In this document: positions 20,991-35,070 of the stretch, in pieces
How the letters are laid out: each line of letters opens with the position of its first letter
How positions within the stretch are numbered: the first letter of the stretch is position 1
DNA from: Tubiluchus corallicola
Lineage: Eukaryota > Animalia > Priapulida
Direction of reading: 5' to 3'
DNA length: 64,000 nt
Assembly (NCBI GenBank): GCA_030141605.1
Contig: JAQGDQ010000613.1
Location: forward strand, 1-64,000
Position numbers and translations under genes: made by a program
The notes under the pieces: generated by a model
The model's database searches: none
What the model was told of the DNA's origin: nothing
What the model saw: the letters and a program-made list of their open reading frames with translations, nothing else

Positions 20991-21788
20991 TCTCGCACAC
21001 GCACACGCGCTCACTCTCCGTCTCTCTTTCTCTTTTTCCTCTTTATCTATTTATCTTTTTTATAAAAATATTATCAATAGTGATGCAATATTCACCTCCA
21101 ACATATGACATAATTATTTTGTCGTAAGAGTCTGTATCCATGCCCAAAATGCATTTTTAGTAATGTGGGCAATCAGTGTAGTCATTATTTGTTCTGTATT
21201 TCATATGAATATAATTCTTGAAATTTAGTGCTAAATAAAATAAAAATCTCTCTCTTTCTCTCTCTCTCCTCACAGCCTTTATTCTCTTTAGAGCTCTCCA
21301 CACGACAAGATATACTAACAAAATGTCCAAATTACTTTCGTCTTATCCTACAGTACACATTTACTGGATACCATTAACTTGTTTGAAAACCTTTCACCTT
21401 AAATATAATTGTTGACAACATATGAAATTGCACTTATTTCATTTCTGACAAAATGTAAGAATCTCTCTAAAAAACACTTGTCAACGATAAACAACAATTT
21501 TAATATTTTATAACAATATCGACATCATCACAAGTATTTTCTAAAACACATCCGAGCAACTCGAGCTGCTCAACAACAATCACTGTGTGAAATAACCGAA
21601 CATTTGAAAAAATATTATTACAAAAATATTGTTTCATAAAATATACTTTATGAAGAAATGCACAATACTGAAAGACATCTGTAAACATCATTAATTGAAA
21701 GTACCACCTTTTTAAATTTGTTAATAATTAAAAAGATGCATTTTCAGTGTTTGGTGTTTTGCCACTTGCTTTATAGATAAACTAAATA

Positions 21789-22000
21789 CAGTTAGACCTG
21801 TTTATACCCCCACTCTGGGACTGCAAAAAAGATTGGCATTAGCTGAGTTTGGCATTATAACGAGGTGCATTAATACATACATACTAATGTGTATTGATAC
21901 ATACATGTCTATGCTGATGTAGATATTTGAATTTTGCTAAAAATTACGATGCTAAGTGAGGTTGGCTTTACAAAGGAGGCGTTACAACGAGGTATGATTG
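21789..22000. mobile_element. Tc1/mariner/pogo-type MITE, degenerate
   Basis: TA|CAGTTAGACCTG...CGAGGTATGATTG|TA, with imperfect TIRs and an internal AACGAGG repeat. Confidence 0.55.
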
Positions 22001-22280
22001 TACTCAAAAAGCAACGCAATAGATGCAATGCTCACTGAGAGAATGAAATGCATTATAAGAATTTAGAAACTAATTACCAGTTAAAGGACATTGATGTCAG
22101 ATTAATTTTACCTTAACACTGCTTTAAAATTGATTTTGCTAAAAAAAAGCATTTACATATTTTGGAAAATCTATTTGACAACTTCATTGTACGTTCTCAT
22201 ACTCATTTAATAGTTGTCAAGAAAATAACATTTAAAACGAATGATTTCAATTTCCATTGTTTGAAATGATTCTAATGGCA

Positions 22281-22883
22281 TGTTCATACTATAGTTTTCT
22301 CTTACAAGTTCTCTCCAAGAGGAAACTTGCAAGTGTGAACAACTTTGCAAATTCTCTCGCAAGTTACTGCAAATTCAGCGAGAGCTGCTGAGAGTTCTCG
22401 TGCGAGAACTTGCCAGGAAATAAACCCTTTCACAGTTCTTGCGATTAATAATTATCGTGAAAAAGTCAAAAGTTGTGTGTACCAGACAACGCATTTGTGT
22501 ACACTCGACAACGCCTCACAGCCCACGCTATTGCAAAAGTAATTAAGAAAGGGACGAAAGCTAGCTATAGAACATTACCTAGTTCATTTTTTCATGTTCC
22601 CAAGCAAGATCTCGCACAGACTAATGCGTAATTAAGTAAAGTCCACGTAAAACAACTGAAGTTACTGAGCTTATGTGGCAGACGGCTTTGCTTTATCCAC
22701 ATGTCACGTGATGATTGTAGCTAAGACGTGTTGCTGTGGTACACTTAACTTTTGATCTACAGTAGCTCCGCATGCATGATGAAATGGTGAAAATGCTTAT
22801 ATAAAAGCCTTTCACACTTGCGAGTTCACTCTCAGAGAGAACTTGTACAGAAACTTGAGAGAGAACTCTCTAGTCTGGAAGCA
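22281..22883. mobile_element. Non-autonomous TIR element with ~60-bp imperfect inverted ends
   Basis: TACAAGTTCTCTC..AACTTGCAAGTGTGAA (~22303-22339) is inverted at ~22811-22847 (TTCACACTTGCGAGTT..GAGAGAACTTGTA). Confidence 0.55.
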
Positions 22884-24119
22884 CAATAAGACAACCAAAC
22901 TATCACAGAAGGTTGTAAACTAAAATAACTACATATTTGTAACATATTTTGTTATAAAACTATGCATATCCAACATACAAATTTAAGCGACGAAAAAATA
23001 TGTGAGAAAAACGCAAGTGACATACATTTTTATACACAAATTTGTTCCTAGTGCTTTACATGATACAACATGAAATTATACAATGACTGTCTATAAAAAA
23101 TCACAGGGTTAAAAATCATGATCCTTAACATGATTTTACAGTATTATGCCCACAATGAAAGCTAGAACAGTTTAGTTTAAACTAAAATTATTAAACTTAA
23201 ACTTCAAACTTACTTTATTTAAAGTGGATTTACAATACAAATTCGTTTGAAACAGGTATAGGGATGCCACCCCTTTATGAAGCGAAATTAGGAGTGAAGA
23301 ACTAGCTACCTGCATTTTAGATGTTTGGGAGGTCTTTTTCAGAAATTGAAATCAAGAAATTCAAACTAGAAAGTAGTAGATAAAAACTCATGATTTTAGA
23401 CTCCAAAAAACTTTAAAAAGTTTAAAACTTGCAAAGTGCAACAGTGTAAATCAATTTTTGGAGTTTCTCTCCAGTCACATTTCTCACAGTCGTTTTTGAG
23501 GTTTGTGGTTTATCTATCAAATTTTACTTTATGCTAAGTTGATAAAAGCTAAAGTGCAAGAACACTTAAAAAATGTTTCAGGAATAAAAGCGTGACAAGT
23601 ACTTTGTGCAACTGGTAAGGTGGTCTTACAATTGAGATCATATCATATTGAGACCTGGTCACACTCATTTTGAACAAGCCTAACATCAAATTTGCGATAT
23701 TGTTGAGTAATGGTTAGACAAATTGCAGGAATGAGTAGTTTCAGCAGCGGTTGCTTACAAAAAGCAATGGCTCACCTATGAAACCATAAAAAGCCTAAAA
23801 ATGGCCAGCTTAGTTCATTATTTTCAAACATGATACCAGCTGGATTTGTTTCACAGGAAATAAAAATAATTATAATAATGTTCTTTTGTATTATCAAAGG
23901 CAAAATTTAACGTACAAATAAATTTTCTTTAATAAAAAAAGCTAACCCTAACTTAAAATTTGACATTAATTTTATTAAATTTCATGGCTTCCTTACTAAT
24001 GAAATTGGGTCTCAAAGTTGCATTTTACCCAAAACATTTTGTTCAGTTTTGCTCGTGAAACTTGAGGGTAATAACCAAACCTAGGTAGTTAACCTCACTA
24101 AAACTATACAGCAAGCACA

Positions 24120-24745
24120 TAAACCTGGCTTCCACGAGGTTTGCAACTTCGGAGACTATACGAAAATTTCTAAGTACAACAATGGTGGAACATTCGCCAA
24201 AAGTTTGCCAAATGGTCACAAAACATTCGCAGGTGTTGCCGTTGTTGCCGAAAGGTCGACAGTTTCGGATAATTTTTAAAACTGCTTAAAGTTTGTCTCC
24301 GGAGTGGGAAAACTCACCACTTCGCCAAACTGTTGTAAAGTTGTCATAACATGTGCGAAACGTCTGAAACATTTTGCGACACTTTTAGAACACTGTGACG
24401 ACCTTGTGACTATTTTTCGATATTTTTGCACCCCTCGGTTCTCCCACACTTTCTAAACAAAAAAAATGATCGCAATACACTCGCACGGATCTTGTATGAC
24501 ATTCGCCTTGTCGCAAATGTGTTGCAGAAGTCGCCAAATTTACGCTAAAGCGTCATGCAACATTCTAGCGATTTTCACCTGAGAAAAAAGGGCGAAATTT
24601 GCACGAAATATGGCGACAATAGCGAGAACTTTGTAAGAATCATGATTTGTGACAAAACACAGTCGCGGGAATTTTTTGACTACTGTTGGACTTGTTGCCA
24701 GTCTTCGATTGTCGCAAAAAAGTTGCAGCCCCACGAAACCTGGCA
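24120..24745. repeat. MITE-like repeat (possibly PIF/Harbinger-derived) just downstream of the ELOVL stop codon
   Basis: CpG-rich block with recurring TCGC(A/C)AA / TTGCGAC motifs and imperfect inverted ends (GGTTTGCAACTT / AAGTTGCAGCC). Confidence 0.4.
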
Positions 24746-24818
24746 CATTACAAAAGTAGTATATCCAACAGTCGAAACTTTTGGTGACACTTTGGCAACT
24801 ACACTTTGCTTGCAGGCA

Positions 24819-25242
24819 CTATTTCCGGTAAGCTCGATAATAAAAGTTGGAAAACAGCACCACCATTGACACGCCATACATAATGCTGTAGATGCAAAAC
24901 CCATGGTACAAGTATCCAAAGACAGCATGCACCATACCAACAAAAAACTGTGCAATTTGTAACAGTGTCAATCTTCGCTTCCACTTTGTTGCCACTGAAC
25001 CTTGCAAAGCTGTCATTCCATAGTAAAAATACAGTAAAATATGTATGAAAGAATTTAAGCAGAGTGGCACCGCGATTGCCGGCCACGGATAACGGTGATA
25101 TGCGAAGTCGCTGAGTAGCACCATTGTAAGGTGGTGGTAAACGTGAAGAAAAGATATCTGTCTTGAGTTGTGCCGTAGGACCATGAAAACTGTGTCTAGA
25201 AGCTCTGTCATTTTTGCTATCCAATAAAGGTAGAAAGGAAAG
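24819..25242 (-). CDS. ELOVL/GNS1-SUR4 fatty-acid elongase, last coding exon
   Basis: Motifs KMTELLDTVF, QISFLHVYHH (His box), NSFIHILLYFYY, TLLQIAQF, LFSNFY. Acceptor TTTTTTCAG| at 25243/25242 (phase 2). Stop TAG at 24821-24819. Confidence 0.95.
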
Positions 25243-25272
25243 CTGAAAAAAATGAGACAAAGTTCAATGTAC

Positions 25273-26503
25273 GACGAAGATCTGGGCTTGGCAACAGAAA
25301 AAACCCGAAGCAAAATGATTACTTCCAATGAGTTACTACTGGAGTTTGAAAATACAAGTTTTTCTCAATTGTAGTACTAGTTTCCAGATAGAAAAGTGAG
25401 TACTGAGTAAATTAGATTTTTAGCATTTTTTAAACATTTTCTTGACAATTTGGTACTAGAATATTAAAGTCCAATATTTTTAGCATTTATTTTTACAAAA
25501 AACAAAAAATTGACATTTGAACAAATCTGTGGTGCATTCTACCTAGACGCATCATAACATAGTTACAATTAACTAGGCGAACTTATGGACGATTTTGATT
25601 TGCAAGCACACAAATAACTAGTTTTTAAGTTTATGAAAAGATGGACATTAAATAAATTGAAGAATAATGCAATTTTATCCAAGATGTTGTTTTTACATTT
25701 ACAATAAAATGACCTTGAATCAAACATATACAAGTCATCAGGACAACATAATGACAGACTCTGTATGCAGGAAATCATCAACATTGCACAATTTTGTTTA
25801 CTTATTAAGCAGATCATTATTGTTTACTTAATACAATTCAATTCAATTCATCTTTTATTTTAGCATTAAAAATTGCCATATAATTCACTAAAAAAGATAA
25901 CTAACTACACATACATATACACAAACACAAACAGACAGAATACTAACTTTACTAATTACATGCAACAACAACAACAAAATAAAAGCTACCCACACTTAAT
26001 CCCAAACAAAATCCAACAAGTCAAAAAACGTTAGCTAAAAAACTAACAGACAGGCAACCCTTGTTACTTACCTAAAATTTTGGCCAATCAAAGGACAAAG
26101 ATGTTGAGACACAGACAGAACAAGGCAATAAATTTTCACTGAAAGCAGACAGTAAATTGTGTGCTTGCAAACCAAAACCATCCACAAGTCGGCATAGTTA
26201 AAACTGCGTTATAATGCTTCAAAATAGAATGCACCAAAAATTCCAAATGGTCAAATGTCAATTTCTTGTTTTTTTATAAAAACAAATGCTAAACATATTG
26301 GACTTTTATATTCTACCATCAAATTATGAAGAAAATATTAAAAAAATACTAAAAATCAAATTTCATAATCGCATACCCATTTCTCAGGCTAGAAACTAGT
26401 AAACCAATTGCAAAAAAATGTTTTTTCAAACTCCGATAGTAACTAGTGGAAGCAGTCATTTTGCTTGGGATTTTTTCTGTTGTCATGCCCAGACCTTCGT
26501 TAA
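25273..26503. repeat. Pair of ~300-bp diverged inverted repeats in ELOVL intron (~25273-25573 and ~26197-26503)
   Basis: ACGAAGATCTGGGC..AAGCAAAATGA..GGAGTTTGAAAA..AGTCCAATAT..TTGACATTTGA..GGTGCATTCTA recurs as reverse complement. Confidence 0.75.
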
Positions 26504-27012
26504 GAAGAGCCACAACCAATATTTGTGCAGTTGCTAAGTGTTCTATAGAAATGTGACAATACCAATAGGTAACTTTAACTGTAATTTTCTCAAGGTTACG
26601 TTTTTCAATGCGTAGCGTGCACCTCAACTTCAACGTTGATTATCTCAGCTTAGAAATAACATAGAGCGATGAGCTTGGTACCAAAGTGATCCTCTTGAAA
26701 TGGAGATTCACGATATGAGAATAACTATAAAAGCTTAATTGCCAACTTATGGACGACTTTGCTATGCATGCACACTATGGGAAGCTGTTGTCAGATTAAT
26801 TTTACCTTACCACAATCTTTTTTCATAAGGCGCTGCAGAAGACAACTTTAACATTGATTTTGTTGAAAAATTTTCATGCCTTTGGGAAACTCTATCTGGC
26901 ACTTTGTACCATCTTATTACAGCCAATTACTGGTATAAACTAATGTACAACATTCAAAGTATAACAACTGTAACTAGTATAATAAGAAAATAATATTTAA
27001 ATATGCACTTAC

Positions 27013-27131
27013 AGGAAAGATTTCCAGGGTTGCTTAATGTACCAGCCATTGTTTGAAATTATTAGCACAGCAAAAATGAGCATTGTGTAAAAACTGAGTA
27101 AACTGCATCCAAAGTTATACACGATCAAAAC
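27013..27131 (-). CDS. ELOVL elongase, middle coding exon (VLIVYNFGCSLLSFYTMLIFAVLIISNNGWYIKQPWKSF)
   Basis: TTTTACAG| acceptor and |GTAAGT donor, 119 nt. Phases 0 and 2 match both neighbours. Contains the conserved (L/V)YN of ELOVL TM2. Confidence 0.93.
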
Positions 27132-27237
27132 CTGTAAAAGAACATCATACAAAAAACATAGAAAAAATAAGGACAGAATAGCAAATGAAATGTGACATAG
27201 AAGAAGAATTAAATACTGAAAGCAGAGCTTGGTATTT

Positions 27238-27619
27238 AAGAATTGTGTGATGCTGATTCAATGTACATAGAGCCCAGAGCCTCGCCATTTCAGTTGAGTT
27301 CCAGCCGGTTCATTTCTACAGCCGACCTAGCCAATAAAAACCAGCTTTAGTCACGCCAGCCGCTGGCGTGAATTTTTGAACGAGAAAGCTGGTCAATTCA
27401 AAATTAAATACACAAATAGGCAACGTTAAAGAATTGTGTGATGCTGATTCAATGTACATAGAGCCCAGAGCCTCGCCATTTCAGTTGAGTTCCAGCCGGT
27501 TCATTTCTACAGCCGACCTAGCCAATAAAAACCAGCTTTAGTCACGCCAGCCGCTGGCGTGAATTTCTGAACGAGAAAGCTGGTCAATTCAAAATTAAAT
27601 ACACAAATAGGCAACGTTA
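27238..27619. repeat. Near-perfect 191-bp tandem duplication in ELOVL intron
   Basis: 27238-27428 and 27429-27619 differ at one visible position. Each copy holds the palindrome TCACGCCAGC-C-GCTGGCGTGA. Confidence 0.95.
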
Positions 27620-28320
27620 ATCACACGTATGGGATCATTTTGGTGTTTTGCTATTGATTTGTCGGTAATCAAGATAAGCTTCACCAAGAGTTGAATTCAA
27701 ATTACATTTGCAATAAATCCATTGCTTTTTATCATGATAAAAAATTGATCTCTAATGCATTACTTGAATTTGTACATCAGCTTTTTTCTATGTATGAACA
27801 ACACTAATTATTTAAAAAAATTGTCTACATAATTTACTGTTAACTAACAATCTATCATTTATTTAGTTAACAAGAACTTGTAACTTTAGCCACTGATTTA
27901 TTCTTTAAGCCAACTCAGCTGAAAAGTGCGTGTGTCAGCTAATGTAGTATAAATATATATTAGTTTAGTCTACCTTGCATATTCATATGCATACTTGTAG
28001 GCCCTTTCACGTGCTCTACAACAGCCTAAGGTAAAAGCATGTTCGCTCGTAAATGGATTTTTAACAAATGAAAAATAAATTCAGAGGCATAGAAACATAA
28101 AAATTTTGCATTAGGAAAAAAGTAAACTGAACATTATGGACTACTCTGACCTACAGGTCATCTATACATGTGTATGCAGGCAAAACTGCGTATATAAAAC
28201 AGGTCAGTTAAATAAACTAATAACATGCTTTCAGGATTCAGATATTTACTGAGTAACATCCATAATTATAATATAAAATTTATCAACCAAATAAAAAATT
28301 CTCAAGTTTAGTATAATTAC

Positions 28321-28351
<31 letters not shown>

Positions 28352-29888
28352 GTATAAATGATGCATGATAATTAATGAAACTTCCAATGAATACTTCAAA
28401 AGTATACTATAAAAATTTTGTTCACTTCTTTATGGGTGTTTAACGATGAGCATTAAAATGCTATCATTTCAGGTGCTGTCAGTGCTGACAGTTATTACAT
28501 ATAATGTAGTGTAAAAAGTATTTAATGTATAATGAACATGTATAAACAAACTTGTCTACATATATATGTAAAAATTTCATTCCTGAAAATTATCTAATTA
28601 CTGAAACACTAGACACATAATCATTGAAATTATTAGAACATCCAGCCTTCAGTGGCCTTTCAAATAAATTTTTGAGTAAGCAAATATACGTACACTTGTG
28701 AACAGAGCTTTAGGAGGATTAAGATCTTAATGGCTAGAGTGTTAAAGGGGAAGAAAAGGCTATTCCAAAATATGTTTCGAGATCTTTCAAGACAAAGTTA
28801 TGTGGCAGTAAATACCACTTAATAGACTCACATTGAACGAAAGTGTTTTGACTCAATTAACCGACTGATTCAATTAGCTGATGGGTGTAGCCTATTACTA
28901 TAGAAGTATGACTCATCACTTTAGTATTCACTCTAGTATTAAATTCTCATACTGAAAAAAATGTTGAAAATCTGTTTATATTTGCCAGCGTATATTCACG
29001 GAGAACACCTAGTCACCTGGTGCTTGAACTGCAGTTGGTGACGACCTTGTTTCCCTGTGAAAAGCAGCGGGAATTTCAAAAACAAACCGCAGCGCAAGTG
29101 TTTAAATGCTTAGCTACCAGAAACAACGAGATTAAATGCAGTGAACAAGTGGGTGATGAAAGCAAGGCCACTATGTTAACTTATTAGTGCATACTACAAA
29201 CTGTCCTGTACCTGCTTACAAACAAAGCTGTGCTTAACATTACAGTGCACAAAATTGATGTAAAGATTACAACAGTAGTAAAAACTCTTTGGGTACATAC
29301 AAGTGTTGTTTTTAGTACATGAAGGAAAAACATTCAGTCAATTATGTGGGGTTATTTGAGTCAATTAGGCCACTGATTCTATTACAGTGAATCTAAGAAA
29401 TGAAGCCTGCTATACTTAGCATTAAGCTTACCAGCTTGTAAGGCTGATGTAACTAGAAAAGGAAATTCTTTCTTATTTAAAATGGTTGCTCCAAGTAGTA
29501 AAATGTTGCCAACTCAACATTTCCAGCGTGCACCACTGACTCACCAAAAATGTATTTTTAATCTTACTGTAATTTATACTTTTCTTTAATTAGTGAAATG
29601 TGCATTGCAAATGCTCTGATCAATTTTTCAAACTTTATGCAATGTTACTTAAGCTCGTCTCAAACAACGTACCGTTAAAAAGACTGTGCCTAACGGTCAC
29701 CACAGGTGCTTAAATTTCAAATTTTAAACAGCTTTGCTGCCATACAAGCTCTGTGTGCAACAATTCATTACGTAGGTGATATAAAATTTCTAGACAAATT
29801 TTTTATGAGGAGTGTCTTCTTGTGTTTTAATAAACAGGACCATATTAGTGTGAAGTTTACATGATGTTACATAAAAAGATTTACTCAC

Positions 29889-30032
29889 CTCTTTAAGTCT
29901 GAGTGGCTTCGTATGTTTCTGCCAAATGCCCGCAAGCAGTACAAGCAAAATGTATGAGCAAGCTAAAGGAAATGTTCGCAAGTTGTATACAATGGTCCAC
30001 AGCGTAGAAATAGATGCAAAAGTAAGAGCCAT
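29889..30032 (-). CDS. ELOVL elongase, first identified coding exon (MALTFASIS...KPLRLKE)
   Basis: TTTTTTAG|ATG at the start and GAG|GTGAGT donor, 144 nt. The hydrophobic TM1 followed by KPLRLK matches the ELOVL P-x-x-L-K motif. The three exons give 228 aa. Confidence 0.88.
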
Positions 30033-31220
30033 CTAAAAAATTACATGATTTAACTTAGTCAAAACCAAAAAAATGCAAACACACAGGTGCTGCAGATAAC
30101 TTAACAACATACTTGAATGTAGAAACATATTTTCTTGATAAAACAGCTAGGTATGACCATTAAGACTTAAATGTGCTCGTTAGCCATATAAATCTCGTAA
30201 AATCAATCTATCCTTATAACACGTTTTTATAAATTCACTCATATCATGGTTTGTCGAACAAAAGCAGGGAGACATCGGCCCGAACTTGCCGATTGTCCGT
30301 ATTTACCGATACTAAGCTAATACGGTAGGTGCCGTGTATTAGACTCACGGTAATGTAGAATCAATCGCCTAATTGACTCAAAAACGTCTAATACGGGCCG
30401 CTTCTATGCAAAAGTATATAAAAACTACCGGCAAGTGACTCAAATAATTCTGCATTAATTGACTCTATATTTTCCTATATAGAGATATACACATGATTAT
30501 ACTAATGTAATGATGTAAAGAAAGTGACGGCGTGCCAACTAGTGATCAACTTGCGAAACAACGGATTGTGTCTGTAGTATAACAGTCCAGATTTTGTCAG
30601 ATTCTTCCGTTATCCGTAAAAGCGAGGTACGGCAAATCAAGATATGAGTATACACTTCTGCAGTCATGACACTTGACAAGCCGAAATCCAGCATCCAGTA
30701 GCAGGCCCTATTCGATGGGGCAATGAACTGAATAGGTGCTGCACTCTATCAGCCAATACTGTCATTCTGGACTTTGTACTTTAAGCCTTACTTATGTAAG
30801 CATGCAGCACAAATCTATAAACATGTTTTTAGCTATTTAATTAGGTTGATAATGTACTGATATGCTCACATGATATAAATATCACTGCATAGATATAGCT
30901 ACCATGCGGGTCTTACTGTTCAAGGAACCATGTAAGGGATACAAACACCAATGTTAGGGTGCTCTCTAAGTTTTTTTATTCCGAACTAAAGTAATGAATT
31001 TTACAAAAGGCTACATTTTCACCAGAAAGTAATTTGAAAACTGATTGAAATTCATATTACTTAACAGTAAATTATAAACAATCGAGAAGATTTTATTGCA
31101 AAATTACAGATACATGTAAATCTAATTATTGAGATAAATTGATTCACATTATCAAATTAGTTGAACTTAAAAATGATTTCAATATACTAGACACACATTA
31201 TTACTTAAATGTTAAGGCTT

Positions 31221-31773
31221 TTAAAGGAAAACCGGATGATTGTTTAGACTCAATCTCACTTTAATTTACTATCCAAAATACACATTTTCTTGCCTATAAA
31301 AGTTAGCAATTGTTTCTTATATTTGAATAATTAGCTACAAAGTTAATTAATGACAACCGAACACAGCTATTGCTTATGTCAGAAACTAACCACAGTCTGT
31401 GTAATGGTAGGCATCTTCCCTTGCGCATCAAGCACGTTTGCATAAGTGCTACTGCTTAAACGCGTGATGTCACGAAAATGAGCTCTATGTAATATAACAT
31501 CAGAAACTAACACTGCAGATCAAGATCACGATGGTTATCATGGTGCCACCTTCTATTTGTCGGCTATGCTCGTGTGACAAAAAAGCGCCATTGCCAATCT
31601 TAGTAGATTCACCGAGCCACACACCCAGCTTTGAAAGTTTAACATTGAGTATCCGAGGTAATTATTATTTAATATAAACATCGATTTAAAAAAAGCTGTT
31701 GTGTAGTTTTCAATATTTCAGAACATTCTTTATTCTGAACTAATGTTTACACAATCGTCCGGTTTTCCTTTAA
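31221..31773. mobile_element. Kolobok-type MITE with TTAA TSD
   Basis: TTAA|AGGAAAACCGGATGATTGT...ACAATCGTCCGGTTTTCCT|TTAA; TIRs match at 22 of 25 positions. Confidence 0.85.
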
Positions 31774-34454
31774 CACACAAGAATAAGATCCCCAGTGTTT
31801 TACAAGAATATTCCAGCTAACAGCATAAAGTGTTCTACTCCAAAAGATAGATTTGGTTGAAGCTGTTAAACATCTTTATTTATCTTAGCTGTCCAGGTTG
31901 TTTTTGGTTTGCCAGGTGGTTTTTTTTGCAAGGTTTTAAGGCTACCTCTACTATGATTCTTACTGGTACTTCACTTAGTAATCTCAGAAGATGTCTCAGC
32001 CATCTTAATCTTCAGACCTTGACTTTTGAATTCTAAGGAACTTCTTTCGGTCTAGAGTATAAATCTTCATTTTTGATTATGAAGAGCTATTTCATCTAGG
32101 TAAAACTAAAACATTCCTTAGACGACTTCTGTGAAATGTATCAATCTGCTTTTCTTTAGAAATTTTTAAATCCCAGGTTTCTCTGTGGTGCATAATTGTG
32201 TTAGTAACTTAAGCATTAAATAATCGAAGCCTTATCTTAAGACTTAATTTCTTGCTAGTTAATACTTTACATACTTTGAAAAACTGCACGTAAATTTCAA
32301 GAAAACTTGAAATGAGCAATAGCCACACTCTCTCTCGCGTAATATCAATACTTGCAGCACTTTTTCTGCGTGCACCTACAACGGAAATTATGAGTTGGCA
32401 TAGGTATAGCGTGGTTCAACATCATAAAAAATTTTTGCCTAAAAAATAGCATTTGAAAAATTGAAATCGTATGATTTGTCATTTAGCAAAATTGTACCAG
32501 TTCGGCTCATTGCTTATTAAACAAAAAAGCCTTATTTTTATAAACTTTGTAACAAACTATATTAAGTGTGGTGTTGTTAATTCTCAGCTGAATTGGATGA
32601 AAAAGTTATGAAGAAAGTTGTTTTTATCTGTTACGTTTTAGCTCTGAGATGCTTATTTCTGTGACTTAAAGCAAGAATGCATGTATATTTTGTAACCTTT
32701 ACAATAGCTATTCAGATTTTTAGCCCAGTAACATTTTATTGCCGCTGCAAATACTGCATTGGTAAAGACTATTCGCACTAGTGACTGTTATCACCATAAT
32801 TGAATAGCCAGTACAACACTAACAACTAATGAAGTAGATCTTGCTGAATTTAGTGAACAGAATACACACTGTATTTTTGTATTCACTTTGCACAAAAAAT
32901 GGTAACAAAAATCAATAAACTGGCAAACAAAACTAGCAAACATTTTCTTCACTGAAATTATTAATAATTACATAATAATTATTGACATACCACAAGTCTA
33001 CTTCTTTTCACAAAAAATAATATTGCTATTTTAACCGATTCTACCTAAATCAAACATTAAATAAATGATACAATAAATGTTGTGCTAATTTTGAGTTTTT
33101 TAGTTAAATTATGCACTGATGTTAAATTGACTGATGATATAATTGTAGCTGCTGGTGTTAGGACAACTACAACGTAATAAGTTGCACAACATGTATTGTG
33201 TCTATTAACTGAATTGTGACATAGAATATTGCACCAAATGAATCTTTCTGATCTAAGTCACAGTAATGCTTACTAAGTCAAGTATGCACTTTGGTAGATT
33301 GACTTTGCCATTACGATTTGAAGTAACCAAACAACAGGGCTGGAAGTTTAATTTCAGTAGTAATAGTTTTTTATCATGGCATGTACATCTTCAAAAATTT
33401 TGACTAATTTTACACAGCGTGTGAGTGTTACAAAATGCTGTAAATACAATACAATAGCTAGGCTTGTGCATTTTAATTAACACAATGGAAAATAGAAAAA
33501 AATAAACTGTTTTCTTTGACTGGAAGACTTAAGTAAAATAAAGCAGTTGAGTTGTGCATCATGATGTGATGCAATGGTATTATAATTGCTGATCAATCTC
33601 TTTTTGTAACAGTATTCATGCAGCTGGGTGTAACTCAACTTATTGCTAGCAGTCTGGTGGAGGGAATTAGCTAGTACAGAACAATTTACAACATCAAAGT
33701 GCTGCTAAATATATAGAAAATTTATCATGCCTCGATAAAATAGTCTGGATGCCTCACACAGATTGTATTTCATAATTATGTATGCGTCTCACACAGTTTG
33801 CAATCTCGTTATCTTGTACAATCGGAGCCAATTGAGCTTAAATTTTATTGGCTTGCAAAGTCGAAATTCGCCAGACTTCAACCCTGCTGAATACATTGGA
33901 GCTATTCCCAGGAGAGCTTGAGGCGAAGTGATCCGAGAACATACCATTGATCGTTAATCAAAAAAGAAGCTTTGAATACATAAATTTGCGAAAAAGTGTT
34001 TGAATCTGATCTTGTCGAGTCTCAAATCATACCTCCCATGATTGCAAGCTGGGGAAATCGTGGTACTCAAAACTTTCAACACTAAAATTAGTACTCGAAT
34101 TTACTGATTCAGCAACTTGATGTAAGAAATAAGTATTGTTCTGTACCTTTACTGGTTGTTTTTGTACCCCATTTATTAGCAAAAGTTTGCATTACATGCG
34201 TCATGCACATTTATACCAAGATTTATCGCAGAAAATAAACTTATGCATGTATTCCGCGTAGTGCTTTTTAACGGCAAGATTAGTCGACAGATATAATTAG
34301 CCACTAGTTTACTAGTACTCTAAACCGAACATATTCCGCTGGCTAGCGTAACGCCCTAATACGACTTACGTTAATATCAGTGTGTGGCTCGTGGTGCATG
34401 AAGTAGCATACACAGAGCCAGTATTAGATACCGCAAAGCTGTAGAAGATGCCCA

Positions 34455-34462
34455 TGACGTCA
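34455..34462. promoter_or_regulatory. Full CRE/ATF palindrome in the putative promoter of the CCSER-like gene
   Basis: ATGACGTCAT in a CpG-richer stretch. A downstream donor TG|GTAAGC (34718/34719) and acceptor TTTTTAG| (35032/35033) define a probable 5' UTR intron. Confidence 0.45.
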
Positions 34463-35070
34463 TTTTCAGCTGGCGGATCAATGATTACACTTGACGTTCG
34501 TGAATGATCATGATCGGTGTTACGGTGAATACTTCTGTGAATTAGTAGGTCTATACGGCCTGCATTTTGTGTTTTTTATACCGATTCACTGTAATAGCAC
34601 AAGTTTTTAATAATAAGAGAAATCGAGCGTCTGTTTTTTTGTTTATATACGAACATTTGTAGTCCACTAAAATGTGACATCAACAAAAACTCGGATCCGT
34701 CCTGCTGAAGTGTTTTTGGTAAGCATTATTATTGCTAGACCTTGATCTTCGTAATGAAACACTAGTTGCTAAATTGTCGGCCTTGTGAGTCGCCCCAGTA
34801 GTATGAGAACATAACATAACTGTAGGACTAAACCTGAACAAGTGTGTACTGTTACTATATTCTTATACTGTTAAAAGTAACGCGCTAATGCATAAATGCC
34901 GTTTAATTTCAAAAATAATTATGTAAAGATGTATCATAATTAGTGCTATCATAATTTACAAGAAGTAAAATTGTCTGCTTTGGCTTCATTTGACCATTAG
35001 TTTTGCCTTAATTCACTATTTTTTCTTTTTAGGTTATTTTTATACCAAAGATCAACCATGATCGCTTTTT

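Noticed and set aside
25243-25328. N-terminal part (MEVIILLRVF..) of the 169-aa ELOVL ORF
   Set aside because: It lies upstream of a strong acceptor and overlaps a repeat arm, so it is intronic.
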